In this document: positions 1-7,577 of the stretch, piece by piece
Position numbering within the stretch: the first letter of the stretch is position 1
How the letters are laid out: each line of letters begins with the position of its first letter
DNA from: a virus
Lineage: Duplodnaviria; Caudoviricetes
DNA length: 49,454 nucleotides
IMG/VR virus record: IMGVR_UViG_3300048848_000069
Location: 1-49,454 of that record
Reading direction: 5' to 3' (one strand)
The notes under the pieces: model-generated
Databases searched by the model: none
What the model saw: only the letters and a program-made list of their open reading frames with translations
What the model was told of the DNA's origin: nothing
Made by a program: the position numbers and the translations under genes

Positions 1-222
1 CTGACGCAGCTGAACGCTCTGGTTGACGGTGGCCATAGCGTCATCGTGGTGGAGCATGAGATGCGCGTCGTGGCACAAAGTGACTGGGTGATCGACATCG
101 GTCCGGGCGCCGGGGACAAGGGCGGCAACGTCGTGGCCTGCGGCACGCCCGAAGAAGTCGCCCGGGTGGCGGACAGCCGGACGGCGCCGTTTCTGAGCAA
201 GGTGCTGGGTGGTGAGGCTTGA
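1..222 (+). CDS. C-terminal end of a UvrA-family excinuclease ATPase (partial, host gene)
   Basis: Frame 1 reads LTQLNALVDGGHSVIVVEHEMRVVAQSDWVIDIGPGAGDKGGNVVACGTPEEVA..., the characteristic UvrA C-terminus (VEH H-loop, DWVIDxGPGAG); stop TGA at 220-222. Confidence 0.85.
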   Translation: MTQLNALVDGGHSVIVVEHEMRVVAQSDWVIDIGPGAGDKGGNVVACGTPEEVARVADSRTAPFLSKVLGGEA

Positions 223-260
223 GCCCCGATTTAATTCATTGACCGCGCGCCAATCAATAG

Positions 261-884
261 ATGAGGAAATTCATGGAATACCCTGAAATTGACGCCTTTG
301 TGGTGGGTTGGTCTGCGACGGGTTCGAAGGGCCTGATTGCCTGGCTGGTTACCCAGGACTGCGAACGTCAGGTACTGGCGTTGATGCCGAACCTGGGACC
401 GGGCTTCCGCCGCGTCGGCGACAGCGCCATCCACGAAACCGCCGTGGTGGAGGCAGGCACCGTGCTCAAAGGCCCGGTCATCATCGGGGAACGATCGTTC
501 GTAGCGGCGGGCGCTTACTTGCGTGGTGGCGTTTACCTGGGAAACGACTGCATCGTAGGCCCAAGCTGCGAAATCAAAAGCAGCTTCATGCTGGACGCAA
601 GCAAGCTGGCCCACTTCAACTTCGTCGGCGACTCCATCATCGGCAAGCGGGTGAATATCGAGGCGGGTGCCATTGTGGCCAATTACCGTAACGAACTGGA
701 CGGTGCCTCGATCAGAATCCTCTTTGACGGCAGTGTTATCGAGACTGGCGTGAGGAAATTCGGGGCGTTGATCGGTGACGGTTGCAAGATTGGCGCGAAC
801 GCAGTGATTGCCCCCGGCGCGATACTCCGGCCAGGCACTCTGGTGCCGCGTCTGGCATTGATTGATCAGTACGCTGCCCTGTAG
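261..884 (+). CDS. Hexapeptide-repeat (left-handed beta-helix) acyl/nucleotidyltransferase, GlmU C-terminal-like (host gene)
   Basis: Repeated [LIV]G-x4 hexads; AHFNFVGDSIIG and GAIVANY motifs; KFGALIGDGCKIGANAVIAPG. Confidence 0.8.
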   Translation: MRKFMEYPEIDAFVVGWSATGSKGLIAWLVTQDCERQVLALMPNLGPGFRRVGDSAIHETAVVEAGTVLKGPVIIGERSFVAAGAYLRGGVYLGNDCIVGPSCEIKSSFMLDASKLAHFNFVGDSIIGKRVNIEAGAIVANYRNELDGASIRILFDGSVIETGVRKFGALIGDGCKIGANAVIAPGAILRPGTLVPRLALIDQYAAL

Positions 885-904
885 GAGCCGGCTTGCTGGC
901 GAAC
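880..904 (+). repeat. Pseudomonas-type REP element (single copy)
   Basis: TGTAGGAGCCGGCTTGCTGGCGAAC is a GTAG-family REP overlapping the upstream stop codon. Confidence 0.65.
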
Positions 905-1036
905 ACGAGGTTTGAGAGCAACGCCCGATCCGGAGTTTAGAAATGGAGATGTCTGGCTCAACCTCGCGGCGGCGCTGAGTTGCGGCTGAGTAGACGGGAA
1001 TGCGGGAATGTTTGAGGATTACGGAAACCAAGGGAC

Positions 1037-1070
1037 AAAAAAGGCGCTTCGGATTGCTCCGTAAGCGCCT
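1037..1070 (-). terminator. Intrinsic terminator, probably the original tRNA-Leu terminator displaced by integration
   Basis: GGCGCTTCGGA-TTGC-TCCGTAAGCGCC hairpin with an A-run on its left (T-run on the minus strand), just beyond the duplicated tRNA 3' end. Confidence 0.65.
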
Positions 1071-1078
1071 GATTTTAA

Positions 1079-1103
1079 ATGGTGCCCCGAGCCGGAGTCG
1101 AAC
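1079..1103. repeat. att core, left copy (duplicated tRNA-Leu 3' end)
   Basis: ATGGTGCCCCGAGCCGGAGTCGAAC is identical to 49248-49272. Confidence 0.95.
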
Positions 1104-1226
1104 TGATCGATTCAGGCCCAGTAAATAATGGGTCATATTGAATGGATGAGATTTTACTGTACTGATGGATGTACTATTTCGTTTTCGCTGGACTCTCTAC
1201 AACCTCCTACGGTGTCCTGCCGACGA

Positions 1227-1535
1227 TCACCAAGCCCTCACCAACTGTTTACCGTCGAAATACTGCGTCCCAGCCTGAAGGCCTGACTCCCGGCACTCAA
1301 ACATGCCCAGGCGGTAGGCCTCCTCCAGTTCGAGCAGACCCCACTCGCGCGAGGCGTCCGTGACCTCAAGCATGTCCGACAGCACGTTGGCATCCACTTG
1401 CCGCCGCTGATACGCCAGCATTGCCAACTCGCGCAGCTTCACCCGCTGTCCGTCAGGATCGGTCACAAGGTCCTGCCTGTCCTCGACCACGCGCTGCCAT
1501 TCTGCCAGTGGATCGACTGCGTGCTTTTCATTCAA
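1227..1535 (-). CDS. Hypothetical phage protein, second gene of the LexA-box operon
   Basis: ORF NEKHAVDPLAEWQRVVEDR...; probable TTG start at 1535 overlapping the upstream stop codon. Confidence 0.6.
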   Translation of the reverse strand: MNEKHAVDPLAEWQRVVEDRQDLVTDPDGQRVKLRELAMLAYQRRQVDANVLSDMLEVTDASREWGLLELEEAYRLGMFECRESGLQAGTQYFDGKQLVRAW

Positions 1536-1824
1536 AGCGGCACCACCACGACTGGAAGTAGAACGCCTGCTCCACCTGCTCAATGCCGGAGATGATCAAC
1601 CCATGCGTGCCCATGCTTGTGACGCTAGCATCAAGAAGCCTTGGCAAAACGTCCGGCGCATGACCGACGCTGTTCAGGATGAAAGCTTCCCTGGTAACAC
1701 GGCCAAGCGCCGAGCATTGGGACTCAACTATTTGCACATCCCCCTTGAACGGCGGGATCTTGCTGAGCTGGTCCTTCGGTAAGGCGACGCCCATCTGACG
1801 GCGCGGAGTGATTAGGACATACAT
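1528..1824 (-). CDS. SOS-regulated hypothetical phage protein (MYVLITPRRQMGVAL...QSWWCRFE)
   Basis: ATG at 1824 lies directly downstream of a LexA box and a TTGACC -35 element. Confidence 0.7.
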   Translation of the reverse strand: MYVLITPRRQMGVALPKDQLSKIPPFKGDVQIVESQCSALGRVTREAFILNSVGHAPDVLPRLLDASVTSMGTHGLIISGIEQVEQAFYFQSWWCRFE

Positions 1825-1846
1825 GGAACGGATTCGCTTGCTGGAA

Positions 1847-1862
1847 CTGTATATACATACAG
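1847..1862. promoter_or_regulatory. LexA (SOS) box
   Basis: CTGTATATACATACAG is a near-consensus CTG-N10-CAG site overlapping the -10 region of a minus-strand promoter (TTGACC at 1890-1885). Confidence 0.85.
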
Positions 1863-1986
1863 TTAACGCGAGCGCTGGTGCGTTGGTCAATACTGTATGG
1901 CATGGCTGCCGACAGGTGAACGCGGAACGCTGCGGGCCAATTTGGCATCGGCTACAATGCGGATCAACTTTACAGAGGGAACTCCT

Positions 1987-2109
1987 ATGAATCTCAGGCG
2001 TGTGGCTTTAATGGTGATTGCGATGTCAGTGCTTTCCGGCTGTGGTCACTTCACCCAGAAAACGATCCCGTGTAATTCGACGCCCCCAAATCAGCCCGGC
2101 TGTTATTAA
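1987..2109 (+). CDS. Small lipoprotein (40 aa)
   Basis: MNLRRVALMVIAMSVLSG-C lipobox; GAGGGA RBS; TACAAT -10 at 1953-1958. Confidence 0.65.
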   Translation: MNLRRVALMVIAMSVLSGCGHFTQKTIPCNSTPPNQPGCY

Positions 2110-2138
2110 AGGAGTTCAAGGTTGCTGAGGACGGGAGG

Positions 2139-3383
2139 TCAGACTTTGCGGATCCCGAACTGCGCAACCTTCACCCGGGAATCTTGAGCAACCCCGGCGG
2201 CGAGGTATAGCCCCATCCTCGCGCTGACGACCGTTTCCGTGACGTCGCACGTATAGCGCTGCGTCTCCAGCGCGCCCTTCCAGTTGGCCGGGAACGTGAA
2301 CGGCTCCTGATATTTGTCCATAGACCGGTAATAGATGGTGGTCGACGTGCTGGACACTGGTTTGGTGATGATCAGTTCAGCCTCCCAGCCGAGGATGCCC
2401 CGACTGTTACCGACGATCTCCGACGCCGAAACCATTTCGATAACGTCACCGACCGCGAGATTCGACAACGTGGTGTTAGCCGCTGGCTGCACATAGATGT
2501 AGCCGCCGGCTGCAGCCATCGTGCCGGCCAGTTCGATGCACTGGGCTTCGCCGAATGCAGCTGGCTCTTTGTGCCAGCGCGAGGTGATGCCAGTGAGGCC
2601 TGAACCGGACGCCTTGTAGTTGTCAGCCAGCACCGAGCCGGCTACCGGATTGACGGATGCGTTGATGATGCCAGTGGAGCCAGTCATCAACGGGTTGGCG
2701 TTCAGGCAGCCGAACGGGCGAATCGCCGAGTAGAGGTCGGCAGCATCTATGGGCAGCGGCACCCCGAAAAACTCAAAGTTGGCATTGATCACCGGCACGC
2801 AGCGCGACTGTATGAAGTCCGCGCCGATAATGTTCGGGTGCAGGTCGTCCACGGTCATCGCCTGGGTGAAGCCATCCCAGATGTTCACGACCGGGACGAA
2901 CTGTTTGACGTAGCCCAGCACCCAATCCTTGTAAGCGATTGCGTCTGTCAGTGCCTGACCGGTCAAGGCCTTAGTGCCGAACCGGGGCGTTCCGGTACCG
3001 ACAATCAGGTACTTGCCCGGAGTGTTCTGGAATGCGGTGATGGCCTTCATCACGTTGGCCTTGCTGTCAGCGAGCGTCATGCCGGGCGTGGTGCCGTCAT
3101 TGGTACGCGACAGCAGCATCCACAAATCGGCCGTCGCTGAAGTCAGGCAAGACGGAAGCCGTGACATGAACTGCCCAGAGTGGTCGCCCACCTTCCCCTG
3201 ATTGTCCAAATAGCTAGGAAACAACCCTGTCTTTGCGGCAATCGCCGCGGCGTAGCCATACGCCTCCGTGCCATAGGCCTTCAGGTCAATCGTGTGGCAG
3301 TTCGCGCTGAAGCTGTCGCCGAGCAAACCAAGGCCGCGGCGAATGCGGCGTTTGGTGATCGGACCGCTGACGATGAGGCTCAT
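2139..3383 (-). CDS. SGNH/GDSL hydrolase with a C-terminal beta-rich domain
   Basis: Block I LLGDSF, block II G (QGKVG), block III RTND, block V DDLHPN. Confidence 0.8.
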   Translation of the reverse strand: MSLIVSGPITKRRIRRGLGLLGDSFSANCHTIDLKAYGTEAYGYAAAIAAKTGLFPSYLDNQGKVGDHSGQFMSRLPSCLTSATADLWMLLSRTNDGTTPGMTLADSKANVMKAITAFQNTPGKYLIVGTGTPRFGTKALTGQALTDAIAYKDWVLGYVKQFVPVVNIWDGFTQAMTVDDLHPNIIGADFIQSRCVPVINANFEFFGVPLPIDAADLYSAIRPFGCLNANPLMTGSTGIINASVNPVAGSVLADNYKASGSGLTGITSRWHKEPAAFGEAQCIELAGTMAAAGGYIYVQPAANTTLSNLAVGDVIEMVSASEIVGNSRGILGWEAELIITKPVSSTSTTIYYRSMDKYQEPFTFPANWKGALETQRYTCDVTETVVSARMGLYLAAGVAQDSRVKVAQFGIRKV

Positions 3384-3592
3384 TGGCTGACCTCATAGGC
3401 GGCGCCGCCCGACGGCGTGATTCTGGTTGACGACATACCAAAGTCCATCGGCCAAGCTCCGTCGGAGGCGAAGGTGTCCACAGTCACCCATGCGCCCTCG
3501 ACTTTTTTCTCAACGGCTACGCTGCCGCCATTCGCCTTGACGATGAGGGTCGCCTTGCCCAAGTACTGACTAACCTGCTGCGCTGTTGCCAT
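3380..3592 (-). CDS. Hypothetical 70-aa beta-rich protein
   Basis: Stop overlaps the SGNH start (ATGA); strong RBS (AAAGGGGAAGGG). Confidence 0.7.
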   Translation of the reverse strand: MATAQQVSQYLGKATLIVKANGGSVAVEKKVEGAWVTVDTFASDGAWPMDFGMSSTRITPSGGAAYEVSQ

Positions 3593-3616
3593 GCCCTTCC
3601 CCTTTATAAATGCGGA

Positions 3617-4207
3617 CTACTTGTCCGGCTTCGTGACAGTGCCGGGCTCGACGGCGAACTGCGTGACGATGGCGTTTTGCGTCTGCGACTCTTTGGTCAT
3701 GCCGAAGTAGAAGCCGAGGGTTTGCTTAAGCTCACTAAACCAGAGCCCGATAAGCAGCGAGATCGTGCTTGCGGCCACGGGGTTCTGAAGCGCTTCTAAG
3801 CCGACACCCGTAAAAATGCACACCAAGATCGACAGCGCGCCAACCAGCAGGATGATGGTGATGGCGGGCCTGATCAGATCGTTAGGCTGCTTGGCGGCCA
3901 GTTGGCGAGCACTGTCGCGGTCGGCTGCTTCCGCCGCGAACTGGGCGCCGGCAGCCTGCAGGCGATTGTTCTCCAGAGTCACCGCCAGCTGCTCGAGCTG
4001 AACTTTGGCGTTGATCTGCAGCTCCTGCACTTTCAGCAACGCGTCAGGGTCACTCGCCAGCGCCGCATTCACCGAATCAGGATCAGGCGACACGTTCAGC
4101 GCGTTCGCGATCAGACCTCCCACCATTCCGCCAGCCGGCCCGCCGAGCAGCGTGCCGACCACTGGTGCGGCCTTGCCCACCATGTTCCCGATATCTGACC
4201 AGTTCAT
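3617..4207 (-). CDS. Holin-like membrane protein (3TM holin type)
   Basis: GTLLGGPAG N-terminus, DRDSAR motif, two TM helices and GFYFG; coupled to the endolysin. Confidence 0.75.
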   Translation of the reverse strand: MNWSDIGNMVGKAAPVVGTLLGGPAGGMVGGLIANALNVSPDPDSVNAALASDPDALLKVQELQINAKVQLEQLAVTLENNRLQAAGAQFAAEAADRDSARQLAAKQPNDLIRPAITIILLVGALSILVCIFTGVGLEALQNPVAASTISLLIGLWFSELKQTLGFYFGMTKESQTQNAIVTQFAVEPGTVTKPDK

Positions 4208-4722
4208 GCGTCCACCGCCCCGTATTGAAGGTTGCCCGCCACCCGGTTCATCCAGCCCTTCCCGTAAATGGAGAAGGTGGACAGCTTGGTTACGAACAGG
4301 ATTCGCTCAGCGTTCAGCCGCATGATGACGTCGGTCACCGACATGGCCTTCACGGCTGCGATGGACATGGGCCCGATTAGGCCATCATCAACGACGCCGG
4401 CCGCGCGCTGGAGCATGCGGATCGCGTTACCGTTTCCGTTATTCACGGCGATATCGAACAGCTGGTAGGCGATGGCTGGGTCGTACTCGTCGGCCTTGGC
4501 TCGGTCCCAAAAGTCACGTTTGTAGATTCGCTTGGCCTGATCGGCCGTCAGGTTCTTGATGTCGAGGTCGGGATAGGACATTGCCGAGATACCGAATTTA
4601 GTCCCGCGCAGTTCGCCCTGATTGATGAAGCCGCTGGTCCAGTTGCCTCTGTCCTTCGGGTCAGCGCCGAAGCCGCCTTCGTGCCCGATCACTCGCTCAA
4701 ACGCCAGATCGAATCCGGTCAT
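4204..4722 (-). CDS. Endolysin, glycoside hydrolase family 108 with PG-binding domain
   Basis: HEGG catalytic motif, DRGNWT, TKFGIS, DGLIGP and GWMNR. Confidence 0.92.
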   Translation of the reverse strand: MTGFDLAFERVIGHEGGFGADPKDRGNWTSGFINQGELRGTKFGISAMSYPDLDIKNLTADQAKRIYKRDFWDRAKADEYDPAIAYQLFDIAVNNGNGNAIRMLQRAAGVVDDGLIGPMSIAAVKAMSVTDVIMRLNAERILFVTKLSTFSIYGKGWMNRVAGNLQYGAVDA

Positions 4723-4773
4723 TGCTTTTCTCCAGGCGAAAAAAAACCGCTCAAGGCGGCATCTTCGAAGCTT

Positions 4774-5229
4774 TTATTGAACTGGTTGGGTGGGCCAACC
4801 CGGGTCGAGTACTTTCAGATCCACGCGGTTGACGTTAACGCGGTACAGCTTCCATGCTTTGAGCATTACCAGGTCTGCAGCAGTCGCCATGTCAAGATCA
4901 ACTGCATCTTGCAATGGGTCAATTGCCAGCGTTGCGGCGGCCAAAAGTGAGTTCCGCCGATAGGTGTTCGCTGACAATACCTCGGCAGCGGTGGGCGGCA
5001 CTGGTGGGGCCACAGGAGGGGCAATGAACTCCCCTTCCTTATAAGTCCAGCCAGCTTGCGCCGTGTTCGACTGGATGGCGATAAATCCTTCCCCGGGGTC
5101 CCATTCCGTTACTCCATCCCAAACTGCCACGTTATCGACGATATTGGTTGCAAGATCAATTATCGCGTAGTTCTGTATAACGCCTTCGACCATACCTTCT
5201 TCTGCGCTATCTGGCATTTCACTCACCAT
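4774..5229 (-). CDS. Tail fibre assembly chaperone
   Basis: C-terminal PLQDAVDL...WKLYRVNVNRVD...WPTQP typical of Tfa proteins; follows the fibre gene. Confidence 0.88.
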   Translation of the reverse strand: MVSEMPDSAEEGMVEGVIQNYAIIDLATNIVDNVAVWDGVTEWDPGEGFIAIQSNTAQAGWTYKEGEFIAPPVAPPVPPTAAEVLSANTYRRNSLLAAATLAIDPLQDAVDLDMATAADLVMLKAWKLYRVNVNRVDLKVLDPGWPTQPVQ

Positions 5230-6668
5230 TCAATCGTTACTAAACCGCCACTGCCGTTACCGCCAGAGGAACCTGTATACGTAGCCGAAGGCTTAGAATA
5301 TTGGCCGCCACCGCCACCGCCGCCAGCGCCATAGCCACCAGCGGGCAGACCAGAAAGCGTGCCGATAGTCGATGCTCGCCCCCCGCTGCCACCGCCACCA
5401 AACGGGCTAGAGCCACCGACACCGCCAATGCAGGTAGGCTGTGTTCCGTCTGTGTCACCGCCGTACATGCCCATTGGGAAGCCGGGGGAAATGAGACCTC
5501 CGCCTGAAATGAAAGCGCCATTGTTAGAACTTTGACCACCACCACCTGGGCCGCCGCCGCTAAGGACCAGGTTCGCGCCTGACATATTGGTGACGGTTAA
5601 AGCGCCACCGGCAGTTCCGTTGTTGCCGACGCCCGCTGACGCGGCGCCACCCGCGCCAGGTGATCCAATGGTGACCGTGATAGTTTGACCCGGCACTACT
5701 GATTGAGCTGATCTAATTACAGATTGCCCGGCAGCGCCGCCGGCACCACCAGCACCGTAATAAGCACTCGCCCCGCCTGCCCCGCCGCCACCGCCCCCAC
5801 CGCCCGGTGCAACTGCGCTGACCCAGACCAGAGTTACGCCTTCTGGAACCACCCAAGAGCCGCTTGCTGTAAAACGCATGATCCCTTTTTGAAGGTTGCT
5901 GGTCAGCTCGCGCCAGGGAGTCCAGATGCCGCCGTTACTTCTGCGGAAATACAGCCGGGTGCCGGATTCCGAGAAAAATAGCTGATTGGTGCGAGAGTCC
6001 GCCTGAAAGGCGCGGCCTGAAACAAACACCGTGCCCCAAGATTCTCCTGGTGGTTTGGTGCCTGCCGTGTCCGTAGCTGAAACCGTGTACCAGCCATTGG
6101 TCAGAGTGGTGAAGTTATCAAGATCGGCGGCAAGGGGGGTCTGACCTGATGCCGCCAGAAAACCTTTCGCTATCACGGAAAGGTTATCAACTAAGGGAAT
6201 GCCGAGATCGGCCTTTGCCAGCGTTACAACCCCGGTCTTTGCATTGACGCTCGTAACCGGGCCGCTGGTGATGCTGTCAGCTGCCTGCTTAGCGCGAACA
6301 GCGGAAGCTTCTGAGTTTGTAGCACTGGTGGCGGCAGCGGTCGCGCTGTTAGCCGCAGCGGTCTTGGAAGTGTTCGCCGCCGTCGCTGATCCGGCGGCGT
6401 TGGTTTCGCTGGTCGCAGCGTTGTTCTTCAAAGTATTCGCCGCAGTGGCAGAGTTCGCGGCGTTGGTCGCGCTGGTCCCTGCGTTTGTCGCGCTGGTTGC
6501 CGCCGCAGTCTTGGATGAGTTGGCAGCGGTAACAGCGGCCTGCACATCAGACGCAACTTGGTTCACCTCAACCGAGAACTGCGGCAGCTGCTGCCCGAAG
6601 AAAGTATCAGTGTCGTTTTTGAACGATGCAGACGTTCGGTCAAGGAACGGTAATGGAGTGACAGCCAT
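5223..6668 (-). CDS. Tail fibre protein
   Basis: AATSATNA-type repeats, VTSVNAKTGVVTL hinge, knob-like GWY...YFRR...WTPW segment, Gly-rich C-terminal domain. Confidence 0.88.
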   Translation of the reverse strand: MAVTPLPFLDRTSASFKNDTDTFFGQQLPQFSVEVNQVASDVQAAVTAANSSKTAAATSATNAGTSATNAANSATAANTLKNNAATSETNAAGSATAANTSKTAAANSATAAATSATNSEASAVRAKQAADSITSGPVTSVNAKTGVVTLAKADLGIPLVDNLSVIAKGFLAASGQTPLAADLDNFTTLTNGWYTVSATDTAGTKPPGESWGTVFVSGRAFQADSRTNQLFFSESGTRLYFRRSNGGIWTPWRELTSNLQKGIMRFTASGSWVVPEGVTLVWVSAVAPGGGGGGGGAGGASAYYGAGGAGGAAGQSVIRSAQSVVPGQTITVTIGSPGAGGAASAGVGNNGTAGGALTVTNMSGANLVLSGGGPGGGGQSSNNGAFISGGGLISPGFPMGMYGGDTDGTQPTCIGGVGGSSPFGGGGSGGRASTIGTLSGLPAGGYGAGGGGGGGQYSKPSATYTGSSGGNGSGGLVTIEW

Positions 6669-7577
6669 TAGATGAGGCCCTCGATATCAAGCGAGCAGAG
6701 TTGGTAAGTTCGGTAAGGGATCTCCATGTTGAAGCTGGAGAAGAAGCCGTAGATCAGCAGAGGCTCGAAACCCTCGACCTCAGTCCCGATGTAGACACAA
6801 GGCGTGGCCCGCAGGCCTGCAAGGGTCCGGTAAATCCGGTTGAAACTGCCGGGCGAGATCATCATCGTGAAGCTGCCCTTTTTGCTGTAGGCGCGCTCCA
6901 CAATCACAACGTTGCCGAAGTCGTCCCGCTCTTTGCGGCTGTAGTCGTCAATACCTACACTCGCGCCGTTCTGCGTGGCGCCGAGATCGGTGATGAGCCC
7001 AGGCTTGATAACCCCCTACGGAGGCGTTGCCTGATGTCGTTGAGATGGTGATAGACAGCTCGGCACTCGCATACTGGCTCGGGATGTCTGTCACGACGAT
7101 GTCCGTGCGGATGTCCAGCTCCGAAAAAAACCAGTCGTAGATGCTCGCGATGTCACCGACCTCAAGGTCAATTCGCTTCTGGTAGACGACAACCCCGCCT
7201 GTTGCATCCTTCATCACCAGATCCACATAGCGCCCGTGAAGCTCGAACAAGGCCAGGCTGTCGGTGAACCCGACGCGCAATGTGTAATTAAGCGGCGATG
7301 GGCCAGTGGCGAGCGTGCCCACCACGTTGTCAAAAGGCGCCCATTTACTGGTTGGTCCAACGTCCATCCACACGGGGGGGCTCGTCCTGTCCATTTCTGG
7401 AGCAACCGTGCCCGCACCTGCTATCAGCCTTTCAAATACACGATGCACGCCCGTGCGAATCACTCGCGCCCCGAGGGCGTATGTCGTCCCTGACACCCAC
7501 GCGGGATAGTCGTTTTCCGCAACTGAAGAACTCACCAGCATCGAGTCCGTGATGAGGTGGGGCTTGATTACCTTCAT
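6668..7577 (-). pseudogene. Tail-tip / minor tail protein, split by a +1 frameshift in a G5 run (7012-7016)
   Basis: Removing one G joins the ORFs at 6948-7577 and 6668-6907 into one 302-aa protein (...ASVGVIKPGLITDLGATQNGASVGIDDYSRKERDDFGNVVIVERAYSK...). Confidence 0.75.

Noticed and set aside
1079-1103. Second tRNA at the left end
   Set aside because: Only the 3' 25 bp are duplicated; no D arm or anticodon arm.
231-1136. 301-aa minus-strand ORF
   Set aside because: Shadow of the hexapeptide transferase; it crosses the att site and has no recognisable motifs.
5223-6668. Diversity-generating retroelement or invertible fibre cassette
   Set aside because: No reverse transcriptase, template repeat, invertase or inverted sites seen; Gly and Ala repeats are normal fibre features.
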